Assembly: GCA_964016885.1 (NCBI GenBank)
Contig: OZ024742.1
Coordinates: 78,616,001 to 78,680,000 of the forward strand
DNA: 64,000 nt
Source: Eledone cirrhosa
Lineage: Eukaryota
Reading direction: 5' to 3'
Positions within the stretch are counted from its first letter, which is position 1. Every line of letters starts with the position of its first letter. The notes beneath the pieces were generated by a model. It saw only the letters and a program-made list of their open reading frames with translations, searched no databases and was not told the DNA's origin. The position numbers were made by a program, and so were the translations under genes. Positions 12,865-26,340 of this stretch are shown here, piece by piece.

Positions 12865-13232
12865 GTGTGCGTATGTATACATGTATAAATATATATATAA
12901 TTATTTTGTCGAGTATTCAACACACATACACATACACATCATCCAAAATGTTAGATCAAGCTGAAGAAAGAAAATGTTTTCTTTGGACATCTGACTTAAT
13001 ACTTCTTTCTGTCCCATCACACGCACATGCACACACACACACACACACACACATGCACATACACACACACGGGCAGATAAACGTAGACAGATTCTGAGAA
13101 TTATCTACTCTGACAAGCTCCATGAAGTCGGCTCAAATTTGGAGTGTGTCCAGCCTGTCCAGAATATGTTGCTTCCACTCTACCTGCTCTCCCCCACCCG
13201 ACCCAACTTATATTATTACCATTTCAATATTG

Positions 13233-13470
13233 ATGGTGATTGTTATCATTATGGTGGTGATGGTGGCTGTTGTGTTAGTGGTAATGGTGGTTGTGGTGGT
13301 GTTCATGGTGGTGGTGATGGCAGTGGTGGAGGTTGTGTTAATGGTTTTGGTGTCGGTGGTGGTGATTGTGGCTCTTGTGTTGGTGGTAATGGTGGTTGTG
13401 GTTGTGGCAGTGTCCGTGGTGGTGGTTGTGTTAATGGTTTTGGTGTCGGTGGTGGTGATTGTAGCAGTGT
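13233..13470. repeat. GGT/GTT-rich low-complexity tract
   Basis: Directly visible. Confidence 0.9.
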
Positions 13471-13579
13471 TTGAAATTGAAATGAATATAATAACAGTTA
13501 CTGTTTGTTCTGAAAAGGAATTAAACTGACAACTTTAACATGAGAGAAGGAACACATCATCATGAACATCATCGAACCA

Positions 13580-14415
13580 ACATTATCAACATGTACAGTT
13601 TATTATGAAGAAAAGGAATAGGCATAAACTCCATATGATATGCATAATGTAAATCTTGGGCACCCAAGAGATGTAGGGGTATAACAGGTAGAGAAACAAG
13701 AAAGGAAGTCTTTGTATGTAAATAATGGTTTCTTATATAGGCACAAGGCCAGCAATTTTGGGGGAGGGGAACATCAATTAAATCAACCCCAGTGAGCGAC
13801 TGGTACTTTATTTTATTGACCCCATAAGGGTGAAAGGCAGCGGGATTTGAACTCAGATCACAAAGGGCCGTAACTCTATGCTGCAAAGCATGGCATCAGA
13901 CCCTCTACCGATACTGCCAACCCACCGTATGTAAATAATGCACAGGGGTAATCAAGGAGAAGAGTGTCAGTGATATAAACCTTTACCGATCACATGAGGG
14001 ATCCATAGAAGTGGTTGATAGATTCTATCTAGGTGACCTAATTAGCAGCAGAGAAGGATGCAATGTAAATGAGAGAGAAAGACAGAGCATGGATGAACTG
14101 AGGGAGAAACTGGGTATAAGAGGTAGCAGAAGTAGTGTTGAAGAGAGAAGACTGCATTGGAACGGACATGTGATGTACGTGGATGATGATCCCTGGGCGA
14201 AGAAATGCTAGAAAATCTCAGAAGGAAGCTGCAGTAGAGGTAAGCCAAGGAAGACCTAGGCAGAGGTAGTGAGAGCTGACCTTAAATCGCTTAGACTCAC
14301 GGTGGAAATGACAAAAGAACACAATGAATAGAGAAATAATGTGTTGAAAAGGACCCATCCAACCCATGCAAACATGGAAGAAACAGATGTAAAAATGATG
14401 GAGATGATGATGACG
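13580..14415 (+). mobile_element. Old decayed RTE copy interrupted by a family-1 SINE (13723-13926, minus)
   Basis: Remnants of the PHD region and ERRLHWNGHV; SINE flanked by the 14-bp TSD gtatgtaaataatg. Confidence 0.8.
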
Positions 14416-14499
14416 ATCATCATCATCATGATAAACCTATTCACTACATCTATCTCATCCTCACCAGTCATCACTATCATCAATATCCTTAACACAATC

Positions 14500-15165
14500 A
14501 TCATCCTCATCACTATCATTGCTACCACCATTGTCACCACCACCACCACCAGCACCATTGTCACCACCACTATCATCCCTACCACCATTTTCACCACCAC
14601 CACCACCATCATCACTTTCATCACTACCACCATTTTCACCACCACCACCACCACCACCATCATCACTTTCATCACTACCACCATTTTCACCACCACCACC
14701 ACCACCACCACCATCACTTTCATCACTACCACCATTTTCACCACCACCATCATCACTTTCATCACTACCACCATTTTCACCACCATCACTACCACCATTT
14801 TCACCACCACCACCACCACCATCATCACTTTCATCACTACCACCATTTTCACCACCACCATCACCATCATCACTTTCATCACTACCACCATTTTCACCAC
14901 CACCACCACCACCACCACCATCATCACTTTCATCACTACCACCATTTTCACCACCACCACCACTACTACCACTATCATCACTACCAACACCACCACTACC
15001 ACCATCACCACTATCATTACTACCACCATTTTCATCACCACCACCATCACTTTCATCACTACCACCATTTTCACCACTATCATCACTACCACCATTGTCA
15101 CCACCACCATCATCATCATCATTATCATCACTATCATCATTGTCACCACGACCACCATCATTATC
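14500..15165. repeat. ACC/ATC-based minisatellite of variable unit length (about 36-51 bp; core accaccattttc...atcactttcatcact)
   Basis: Directly visible; source of the long T/P/V/G-rich pseudo-ORFs. Confidence 0.92.
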
Positions 15166-15469
15166 TAAAAGGAATCTTCTTTCTTCCATTGCTCAGTTTG
15201 CTAGAAATAATAACCAAGTGTTGAACAAAAACAACCAAAATCAATATCACAACCATCACCCCCATTACCATCATCAATAACACCAGCAACAGTTCTCTCT
15301 AGAGTCTATTTAGTTACTGCATCTTCACAACTGTAATAGTAGTAGGAGCGCAGCAGTTTCTTTGCTGTCCAGTGGATAGTGAAGTATCAATATATCTTAC
15401 GTGTTGTGGTTTCAAAAGTCGGCTATTATCTTTGATACATTGTTAGTGTATGAGTGTGTGTCAGTATTA

Positions 15470-16400
15470 TTGAATTGGCAGTATCGGTAGATACGTCCCT
15501 TTACAGTTTGAGTTCAAATCCAGCATAGAGTTACATCTCTTTACAGTTTGAGTTCAAATCCAGCCGAGGTTAACTTTGCAATTCATCCTTACAGGGTCGA
15601 TAAAACCAGTAAAGCACTGGGATAATTGCTGGCCTTGTGCCAAAAATAGAAACAATTATTAACCTTTTTTCTCTGAAGAATGTCACGCTACTCCTACCCT
15701 AATGGTCTCAGCTGACATGATAGAGAAGACATTGCCCCAGAGGACAGCGAGGGAGATTTACTGGAAGAGCTACTTCCCCTCGCGTGGCTCACACATGTTG
15801 ACAGAAAACTCTGCTCTGATAGTAGTGAGCAGGCATATGGCCCAGGGGCAAGAACGGGGTAAGTCTCCACTGTTACAGGTTCAACCACAAACATCTCATT
15901 GTCATAACCATCAGCATAGGTGTCTTTAAAATCTCACTATACTACGACTACTCGAACCACTACCACCACCACTACTATACCACTTCTATATCACCACAAC
16001 TATTACCACCACTATACTACTACTACTACTACCACAACTATACTACTATTATTACTACTACCACCTCATCCTTACGTGGTCGATAAAATAATATACCAGT
16101 AATGTACTGGGTGATTGCTGGCCTTGTGCCAAAAGTAGAAACAATTATTACTACTACCACCATCACCACTGCACTACTACTACTACTGCTACTACTACTA
16201 CTACTACTACTACTACTATTACTACTACTACCACCACAACAACCACAAATATACTACTATTAGTTACGTCCCTTTACGATCTGAGTTCAAATCACGCCGA
16301 GGTTGACTTTGACTTTCATCCTTACGGGGTTGATAAAATAAAGTACCAGTAATACACTGTGATAATTGCTGGCCTTGTGCCAAAAAGTAGAAACAATTAT
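15470..16400 (+). mobile_element. Three family-1 SINE copies or fragments (15470-15660, 16065-16150, 16260-16400) among (CTA)n tracts
   Basis: Consensus motifs; the 15470 copy has an internal duplication of the B-box segment. Confidence 0.8.
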
Positions 16401-16499
16401 TACCACTACCACCATCACCACTGTACTACTACTACAACTACTACTACAACCACTACCACAACTAAACTACATTTATTACCACTACCACCACCACAACGA

Positions 16500-17507
16500 T
16501 ACTACTACTACTGGCACCACCACCACAACTATACTACTACTACTGTCACCACCACCACCACAACTATACTACTACTACTGGTACCGCCACTACCACAACT
16601 ACACTACTACTGGTACCACCACCACCACAACTATACTACTACTGGCACCACCACCACCACAACTATACTACTACTCGCACCACCACTAACACAACTATAC
16701 TACTACTGGCACCACCACCACCACAACTATACTACTACTCGCACCACCACTAACACAACTATACTACTACTGGCACCACCACCACCACAACTATACTACT
16801 ACTCGCACCACCACTAACACAACTATACTACTACTGGCACCACCATCACCACAACTATACTACTACTACTGTCACCACCACCACCACAACTATACTACTA
16901 CTGGCACCACCATCACCACAACTATACTACTACTACTGTCACCACCACCACCACAACTATACTACTACTGGCACCACTACCACAACTATACTACTACTAC
17001 TGTCACCACCACCACTAACACAACTATACTACTACTGGCACTACCTCCACCACAACTATACTACTACTACTGTCACCACCACCACCACAACTATACTACT
17101 ACTGGCACCACCATCACCACAACTATACTACTACTACTGTCACCACCACCACCACAACTATACTACTACTGGCACCACCATCACCACAACTATACTACTA
17201 CTACTGTCACCACCACCACCACAACTATACTACTACTGGCACCACCATCACCACAACTATACTACTACTACTGGCACCACCACTACCACAACTATACTAC
17301 TACTGGCACCACTACCACCACAACTATACTACTACTACTGGCACCACCACCGCCACAACTATACTACTACTACTGGCACCACCACCACAACTATACTACT
17401 GGCACCACTACCACAACTATACTACTACTACTGGCACCACCACCACCACCACAACTATACTACTACTACTGGCACCACCACCACCACCACCACAACTATA
17501 CTACTAC
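16500..17507. repeat. About 30-bp degenerate minisatellite (ccaccacaactatactactactggca)
   Basis: Directly visible. Confidence 0.92.
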
Positions 17508-18050
17508 TGGCACCAACACCATTACAACTAGACTACTACTATTAACACTACCACCATCACCACTTAAGTACTACTACTACTGGCACCAACACCATTACAA
17601 CTAGACTACTACTATTAACACTACCACCATCACCACTTAAGTACTACTACTACTGGCACCAACACCATTACAACTAGACTACTACTATTAACACTACCAC
17701 CATCACCACTTAAGTACTACTACTACTGGCACCAACACCATTACAACTAGACTACTACTATTAACACTACCACCATCACCACTTAAGTACTACTACTACT
17801 GGCACCAACACCATTACAACTAGACTACTACTATTAACACTACCACCATCACCACTTAAGTACTACTACTACTGGCACCAACACCATTACAACTAGACTA
17901 CTACTATTAACACTACCACCATCACCACTTAAGTACTACTACTACTGGCACCAACACCATTACAACTAGACTACTACTATTAACACTACCACCATCACCA
18001 CTTAAGTACTACTACTACTGGCACCAACACCATTACAACTAGACTATTAC
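17508..18050. repeat. 73-bp homogeneous tandem repeat, 7 full units plus a partial
   Basis: tggcaccaac recurs at 17508, 17581, 17654, 17727, 17800, 17873, 17946 and 18019. Confidence 0.95.
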
Positions 18051-18551
18051 TATTACCACTACTACTATTACCACTATTACTGTCATCACTCTCCTACTAC
18101 TGTTACTATAGTTCTTCTTACAGATTTCAACCCAGCAGTTTATATAGGTGTGGTAATGGTGATGAGGAGATTCAGGCACATAAAACTAATATCACTGACC
18201 AACTACAAGAATAACAACAATAAACCTCATTATCTACCAAACATACCAACATTACCTTTACTACCAACATCACCAGACTGCTATTATTAATGATCATGGT
18301 TACCACCACCACCATCACTACCACCACCCATTCTACTACTACCACCATCACCAGTACCATCAACACCTATCTACTTGTGTTTACTGGCTGAAACTTTTCT
18401 ACTTAATATGGATTTCTGCCAAATAATAATAATAATGATAATAATAATAAAAATAAACAATATCGAAGCCTAGTTTTTATATGGTGACCAAATAAATATT
18501 CTAAATACAGTCAGACAAAATTGATGTTTGACATCCAAAAGTAGACAGAAG

Positions 18552-18581
18552 ACGAGAGAGAGAGAGAGAGGGGGGAGAGAG

Positions 18582-18655
<74 letters not shown>
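18552..18655. repeat. (GA)n microsatellite
   Basis: Directly visible. Confidence 0.95.
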
Positions 18656-19163
18656 GCATGATAAAGAAAAAGAGAGAATGAGAGCTCATGAGAAAAAGAG
18701 AACTGACATGAGAATGAAAGAGAGAAAGAGAGAGATTGAGAATGTTAGACAGAGAGAATGAATAGGATAATGAGAGTGGATAAGCTAGGGAGGGGAAGAG
18801 TATGGTGTGAGAAACAGCATGAGTGCAATAGGAAAGGAGAGGACAAAAACAGCAACAGAGATAATAAATTAGTCTTTAGATAAATTATTAGTTAATAAAA
18901 TACACACACACATATATATATATATATACTGCCAATGAGTTACAACTTTTTATACTGAAGACATGTGGCCAAGTAGTTAGAACAGTGTTTTTCAACATTT
19001 TAATCCTTGTGGAACCTATGAAATAGTTTTCATGTCTCAGGGAAACCCTGCATAAAAATGATTATATACCTTTATTAATATATATCTCTTTTAGAGGTTG
19101 AAGCCTTTATTAGAATAACCAAGGATTTTCCTACATGTCATATATATATATATATATATATAT

Positions 19164-21199
19164 GAGTCAATTAAGGCCAAAAAGCAGGCTTGGAAAGTAT
19201 GGCGGGATGGGGGAAGTAGAGAAGACTATCAAGTGGCCAGGAGGGAAGCTAGGAGACAAGTGTACTTCGCAAGAAGGGAAGCAGAGGAAAGAAAGTTCAA
19301 GCATGTTCTACAACGTGAGGACCAAAAACGTGAGGTGTTCAGGATTGCCAGGCAATGTGTCAAGGAAAACCGTGATATTGTCGGGGAGAAGTGTGTACTT
19401 AACGATGATGGCATACTTGCCATCACCGACGCTGATAAGAAGGTAGCTTGGAAGTGTCACTACGAAAGGCTTCTAAATGAGGAGAACAAATGGGAGAAAG
19501 ACAGTCTCCCCCAGATCGATCCAATAGAGGGACCAGCAGTGTTAGTTGAAGGTAGTATAATAAGTAAGGCAATCAAAGATATGAAGACGGGTAAGGCGGC
19601 TGGGCCTTCGGAAATAGTTGCTGAGATGCTGAAGGCATCTGGTTCGGTGGGACACACCATGGTCACCCGGATAGTTAACCAAGTCGTACAGAATGGGGTT
19701 GTTCCGAAGGAATGGCGTAGCAGCATCATCGTTAACTGCTATAACGGAAAAGGAGATGCCCTAGATAGGAGTAACTATAGAGGCATTAAATTAATCGACC
19801 AGGTCATGAAGGTCACGGAAAAAGTAATAGCGCAGCTAATCAGAGAGAGAATTGATCTAGATGAAATGCAGTTCGGGTTTGTGTCAGGCAAAAGTACCAC
19901 AGACGCTCTTTTCATTGTACGACAACTACAGGAGAAGTACCTAGCTAAAAGTAAACCCCTAAACTTAGCTTTTGTCGACTTGGAGAAAGCCTTCGACAGA
20001 GTCCCCCGTTCCATTATCTGGTGGTCTCTTAGAAAACTAGGTGTTGACGAATGGCTTGTGAGAGCTATACAAGCCATGTATAAAGAAACAGTCAGTAAGG
20101 TTAGAATTAACAACGAATATAGTGAAGAGTTTAGCGTAAATGTTGGTGTCCATCAGAGCTCTGTACTTAGCCCCCTACTATTTATTATTGCCCTTCAGGC
20201 TATAACAGAGGAGTTCAAGACCGGCTGCCCATGGAACTCCTATACGCAGATGATCTAACGCTCATAGCTGAATCAATGACCGAACTAGAGAAGAAATTCC
20301 AAACGTGGAAGCACGGCCTAGAATCAAAAGGCCTTAAAATTAACCTGGCTAAGACTAAAGTTCTAGTTTGTAGGAAAGAAAATAAGGCGGCGGTCCCATC
20401 GGGGAAATGGCCATGCTCAGTGTGTAGGAAAGGCGTAGGTAGAAACTCCATTTTATGTCCCAAATGCAAAGTATGGGTGCATAAAAGATGTAGTGGGATC
20501 ACAGGTAAGCTAACTAAGAACATAGATTTTACATGTGGCCGGTGCTCTGGTGCAATAAGTAGCAGCAAGTGCCCACAAAATACTAGCTCCTTCAACTGCG
20601 CAGAGGGTTCTATAGAAATAGTGGACAGCTTCCGTTATCTGGGTGACAAAATCAGCAGTGGGGGAGGGTGCTCTGAAAGTACAGTAGCTAGAGTCAGAAC
20701 TGGATGGAAAAAGTTCAGAGAGCTTATACCACTATTAGCCGCTAGAGGGTTCTCCCTAAAAATGAAAGGCAGGTTATACGATGCCTGCATACGAACAGCA
20801 ATGCTGCATGGCAGTGAGACCTGGGCATTGTGTGCAGAGGATATACGCAGACTAGAGAGGAACGAAGCTTGCATGCTCCGCTGGATGTGCAATAGTAATA
20901 TACGTGAACGGCAAAGCATAAACGAACTAAGGAAAAAATTAGAAATAAGAGGGATCAGATGTTGTTTACTCGAGAGAAGGCTACGTTGGTACGGTCACGT
21001 GATGCGCATGAAAGACGACAGCTGTATAACAAAGTGCAGGGCAATAAAGATAGACGGTAGCCACGGAGTAGGCAGACCCAGAAAAACATGGGACGAGCTG
21101 ATAAATTCCGACCTCACACGCTTACACCTCTCCAAGACAATGTCACTGGACCGAGACCTTTGGCGGTACTCAGTAATAGAGAAGACCCGCCTTACCTAA
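19164..21199 (+). pseudogene. RTE reverse transcriptase ORF, split by a 1-bp frameshift near 20232; no endonuclease domain
   Basis: Motifs KAAGP, NYRGIKL, QFGF, FVDLEKAFDRV, VHQSSVLSP (QG to QS), ELLYADD, FRYLG, RRLRWYGH; frames join if CCA TGG AAC is read as CCA TGG GAA. Confidence 0.93.
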
Positions 21200-21594
21200 A
21201 TACAAAGTAAAAACCTACTACAGTCAGTAGGCACCTCTATCAAAACACACCCCCGTCCCACCACCTCCACCCCACCCACACCGCCCCTTTCAATGTAAAG
21301 TTATGTTGGTCCCACAACATCCAGGCCGAAACAAATGAGATCGTGTAGGTGTCACGACAAAAAACACACAGTCCACGCTGTAATGTGGCCGTGTAGGCAA
21401 CACGGTAAAAACCTCCCAGCCCCACACTGTAAATGTGGTTGGTGTTAGGAAGGGCATCCAACTGTAGAAAACCCGCCAGACAGTCCTATGCGAGCAAGAC
21501 AACCACTCTTGCCTCAAGTGGGAAAACCCCCGTCCAAACCCATGCAAGCGTGGAACACGGACGCTAAACCTGATGATGATGATGATGATGATGA
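19164..21594 (+). mobile_element. 5'-truncated RTE-clade LINE, 2.4 kb, with 3'UTR and (TGA)n tail
   Basis: RT ORF, 3'UTR 21200-21570, (TGA)8 at 21571-21594; 5' end abuts (TA)n. Confidence 0.95.
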
Positions 21595-21931
21595 TATATA
21601 GTAAAATTATGAATATGAAATTAAACAAAAATTACTAAAGGAAGCATTAGCTTTTTTATCACTCTTTCTTGTGGAACCCCTAGTGACCAGTTGCAGGACT
21701 GTGGGGTTCTGAGCAACACTGGTTGAGAAACACTGAGTGGTGGATTTATGATCATAATGTCATAGGTTTGATTCCTGGACTAGCTATTGTTGTGTGTTCT
21801 CGAGCAAAACACTTTGTTTCATGTTACTCCAGTGTACTCAGAAGAAAATAAGTACTAGCAGTAGCTGAGGTATTAACCCTGTTGGACTGGCATCCTGTCC
21901 AGGGGGATGTCTTGTACTTTTAGTCCCTTAA

Positions 21932-22152
21932 CCCTTTAGCATTTACATTACTCTATATATACTATTGTATTTTTGTGGTAAAGGCTTTATCTTACATAAT
22001 TATCAGATATAATATTGAATTTATGAGATTTTGATGTTATTTATTTTGAGAACAATACTTTAACATCAGTATGAGGGGCCAGTTACAGCCAGTTTGAAAA
22101 GAAAGAGGTGAGAGAATTCTGGCCGGATATGGCCAGTTTAAATGCTGAAGGG
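21932..22152. mobile_element. piggyBac-like MITE with TTAA TSD
   Basis: TTAA|ccctttagcatt ... aatgctgaaggg|TTAA. Confidence 0.85.
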
Positions 22153-23070
22153 TTAATGCAAAGAAACCAGGATAAGAAGCAGCTTAATGAGCCTCTGAAC
22201 TTACTACAGACTTTAGACTGTTATTGCTTTAGCCCCAGGCCAACCTTAATCCAGTAGACATATTGTTTACTCTTTCATTACCATATTTCCAATGTGTCTC
22301 AATTAATTTTGAAAATAATAAAAAATGAGAGGGAACTTAGTAAAATATTTAACTTTTTTGTGATCAAGTTGATGTTTGGAATATAACAAAAAGTTCTTAC
22401 ATAAAAGTATGGTAGCAGGTTTTAATGTAAAGAACACATTGAAATTGGCAGTTTTGTATCAGAGATCAAGGCATGGTTTCAGGCACATTGGTATCAAAAG
22501 TGTTAAAATCATTCTAGTTCTCTTTTCTTCAGCAATATCATACCTTTCACAGCATCATCTACTGTGTCCTTTTTGAAATGGTAGAATGTCATATTACATC
22601 CTTTCATTTAGAAAAGATGGCCACATTTGATAATAAAAGTCCTAGATTCACTATTTCTGGAGGAAATAGACCAAAGTTTCACTCTTGAGAGGCATTTGTT
22701 TGTAGGTTATTTTGGACATAACTGATAGGGTTATCATGGAAAGTTAAGATAAATATAAACACTATAAAACAAAGTTTTGAACCATAGAACTAGGGTGGTA
22801 TCAGGCAGTTTTGTATCAAAAAGGTTAACGGTTAGAATCAGAGATACTCGAGAGACTTTTTCTGGAACACAATACTAGTCATGAGCTATGCTCCTTTGAC
22901 CCTTCAGCAATCAAGCTCCTGCCATCTCAACACTGTCAGTTACAGATGAAAGAAACATTTATGTATCGACTCTAAGAAAATCTTTGAAAAACTTGACTCA
23001 TGTCATCGCAGTATACTTTTCTTTTCAAATTCTTATTCAAATATGTTTATCTCTAGGTCTGATAAGCCTC

Positions 23071-23912
23071 TGTAGTGACTAGCGCCACCTTGCCCGGGGA
23101 GAAAAAAATAATTGGAGTTACTTCCCCGTGGCCAGTATATAAGGGAGTATTCTGACGTCTCTCGACCTCTCTTGCTCACTCACTCTCTTTTTGACGGCAC
23201 CTCTCAAACTGGTCACATCAAGCGCAAGCATGCTAACCTTTTTCAACCATATCTTATAATTCAGGATTATACCTTGTCATGCCACGAGACACATTTGTTT
23301 ACCACATATGTAATTCACAGACTACAATAAACGCAAGTTATTTTGATACTCGTTTTGAGAAACTTATTATGCTTCAGTTATTATTTCAGATGTATTGAGA
23401 GATTATTCTCACACGGCATGAAATTGTATGAACATTCTCCTATCTCTTATTTCTATTAAATTTAGTAGTTCGGTTCCGGTGGTACTTACTGGAGGAAGTA
23501 ACCCTGGGACCAACTCACTAAATTTAATAGAAATAAGAGATAGGAGAATGTTCATACAATTTCATGCCGTGTGAGAATTATCTCTCAATACATCTGAAAT
23601 AATAACTGAAGCATAATAAGTTTCTCAAAACGAGTATCAAAATAACTTGCGTTTATTGTAGTCTGTGAATTACATATGTGGTAAACAAATGTGTCTCGTG
23701 GCATGACAAGGTATAATCCTGAATTATAAGATATGGTTGAAAAAGGTTAGCATGCTTGCGCTTGATGTGACCAGTTTGAGAGGTGCCGCCAAAAAGAGAG
23801 TGAGTGATCAAGAGAGGTCGAGTGACATCAGAACACTCCCTTATATACTGGCCACGGGGAAGTAACTCCAATTAGTTTTTTCTCCCCGGGCAAGGTGGCG
23901 CTAGTCGCTACA
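23071..23912. mobile_element. 842-bp foldback element, TGT...ACA termini, 4-bp TSD (Ginger/integrase-type non-autonomous)
   Basis: Near-identical 396-bp inverted arms 23071-23466 and 23517-23912; CCTC at 23067-23070 and 23913-23916. Confidence 0.85.
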
Positions 23913-24614
23913 CCTCTTTACTCTCACTCGTCTCTTGTAATTGTGTTTTATACAGGTCCAGGTGTGATGTGTGTTTATATGTTCATTTGATGTGTATATG
24001 CTTATAAGCATATATAGTAAAGGACCCTTAACTCATGATTGACCTGTAGGGGTGCTGTCAAGACACACAGAGTGCCTTGGGCATTTTTTCAACTAGAGTG
24101 CTACTCCTTCTCCAGGTTGAAATACAGCCGATTTCAGTGCAAGGAGGGGGCAGTGTCAGCCTCCATAGTGAAAGGCAAAGCTGACCTTGGCATGGCTTCA
24201 ACCCATAGTACAGTTAGCCAGAACAAATATCTGATCTGACACTCTAATGACTTAGCTAATTTGCCATCTTATATGCATACACATACTTAAATGTGTTTGT
24301 GGCTAGGCTTCAATTTATATATATATATATATAGACAGCTATTCTGAATCTTAATTCTTTTTTGATTTCTAATCCTCTATTAGATAGATATATATGTGTA
24401 CATGTATGTATGAATGCCTGTACTATTTATACATGTGTATAAGTTGCACTGGTAGACATCCATAGTTCAATATCTTAATTCTTAGAATCTTTTACTATAA
24501 TTTTTACTCATTTTTTCCGTTTTACTTTGTCTTGTTTTTTACTTGCAACCACCCATTATTACTGGGGCATAGAAAAATGTCACAAATACCTATGTGGTAT
24601 CAATAACAACAAGC

Positions 24615-25030
24615 TTCTACACAGTTTCCATCTCCCAGCTTTCACTCATAATGTATTGATCAACCCAACATTATAATAGAAGACATTTGCCACTCATGAT
24701 GCCATAGTGGGATCAAGCCTAAACCACATGGTAGGATCAAGGGTGAATCACTTTGTGGGAACCACATAGTGGGATCAAGTTTGAACCACATAGTGGGATC
24801 AAGCTTGAATCACAGTGTGATCAAGCCTGAACCACAGTGTGATCAAGCCTGAAACACAGTATGATCAAGTCTGAACCACAGTATGATCAAGTCTGAACCA
24901 CAGTGTGATCAAGACTGAACCACAGTGTGATCAAGACTGAACCACAGTGTGATCAAGACTGAACCACATACTGGGATCATATCTAAATCACATAGTTGCA
25001 AAGTGAACTTCTTAACCACTCAACCATAAC
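24615..25030 (-). mobile_element. SINE containing a 22-24-bp tandem amplification (about 24700-24995)
   Basis: Flanks match the family near 47545-47705 and 62650-62765; unit accacagtgtgatcaagactga. Confidence 0.75.
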
Positions 25031-26340
25031 TACACCTATAATTTGAACTTTGTATTCTATTATAAATATTTTGTGATTTTAATTAAATCTTATAAAGTAA
25101 GTCATACATAAAACAGAGTTTGCATAGTCAAGAGGAAACATTAGTAGCAAATGAATTATTGCATAGTTTAAACACGTGTCAATGGTTAGATGTTTTACAA
25201 TTTTTCTGATCTTGTTTATACAAATTCTTATTAACCGTTTTCAAATTTTTGAAGAATGTATTATCTGAATAATGAATGAGTTATCTAAATAATGTGTTTG
25301 ACTATTGCACTTAGATAAAAAAAAATACATATTTCTAGTATAATGGATTTTTGTATGTTAGGCTTTATCAAAAAATTACTTTCCGATTTCTTCACTTTCA
25401 TATTGGTAATTGCACTGTCTGATAAGCTCTTAGCCTATATTAAACATTGTCGCTTCAATATGTACATTATAAAAGACATAAGATATTTGTCAATTGTTAA
25501 TTTTCCTTTCATAGAAGTAAAATAACAAAACAACAGTATTAAAATTGAATGCTAGCTAATCTTTTGCATTTAATATTAAACACAAAGTACATCCATTCAC
25601 TCATTACAGAATGATGAATGCCATAGGAAATTGTGCATCTTATTCCTTCCCAGATAATCCTACCCATCAGCACAGGGATGATGTATGTATTGTTGCAGCT
25701 GTTTAGTCCCAAACCAGCTCTGATTAAGCAACATTATTATTTAAAGAAACTCCAGTTATGACCATGGTGTATCAAAAACTACATTGTGCAATGTCTACTT
25801 TCATTTTATTATGTTTTAGGGAAAGGATGAGCAGTTGTTGTTTTGTAGCTATGTCTCACATCACATAGCTTTAGTTAGCCTATTATGTGATCTTGAACCT
25901 CAGTTAAAGTTCATTCAATTTGGAGGACCACACATCCCTTTATAGAACTCTTCTTACCACCCAGAATGTTCCTTCCACTACATATGCATGCATCACAACC
26001 ACACTAATGACATGATTGCTACCAACATCAACAACCCCAAATTAATTTTCCACATTTGATTCTTTAAACATTTACATTTGAATCTTAAAGTTCAATAGCC
26101 TCCTACCCATACCTCTAAGAACTTCTTCCCTGCTAGTATTCTTTAACATGAAAAGTATTACACAACAATGAGGAAACCTTACATACTCATTGAAACTGCT
26201 AGAAATATCACTCTTTCAAATTTCTCCCATCTTAGAAAAAAAAATACAAATATTGGATATTATGATCCTATATTCCCTGCACATATGGAAAAGAAAACAG
26301 GATGATCACATCTGGAATGATAATAAAGTAAGAATAATAA

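Larger units (their letters stand above)
18983..21735. mobile_element. hAT-like MITE split by the RTE LINE (halves about 18983-19139 and 21601-21735)
   Basis: TIRs cagtgtttttcaac ... gttgagaaacactg; subterminal gtggaacc motifs in both halves; no clear 8-bp TSD. Confidence 0.75.

Noticed and set aside
14256-15280. Mucin-, extensin- or glycine-rich protein genes (also 13.1, 16.4, 26.7-27.7 and 38 kb)
   Set aside because: Trinucleotide-based repeats open in several frames on both strands, with no splice or domain evidence.
15690-15930. GC-richer segment as a host exon or RT fragment
   Set aside because: Only a faint resemblance to an RT N-terminal region and no consistent frame or splice sites; left uncalled.
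20225-20240. Programmed ribosomal frameshift in the RTE ORF
   Set aside because: No slippery heptamer; a single lost G (TGG GAA to TG GAA) explains it, and the QG motif is also mutated.
23112-23871. Pair of convergent 72-aa genes
   Set aside because: Mirror ORFs produced by the foldback arms; TTG starts and no recognisable domain.
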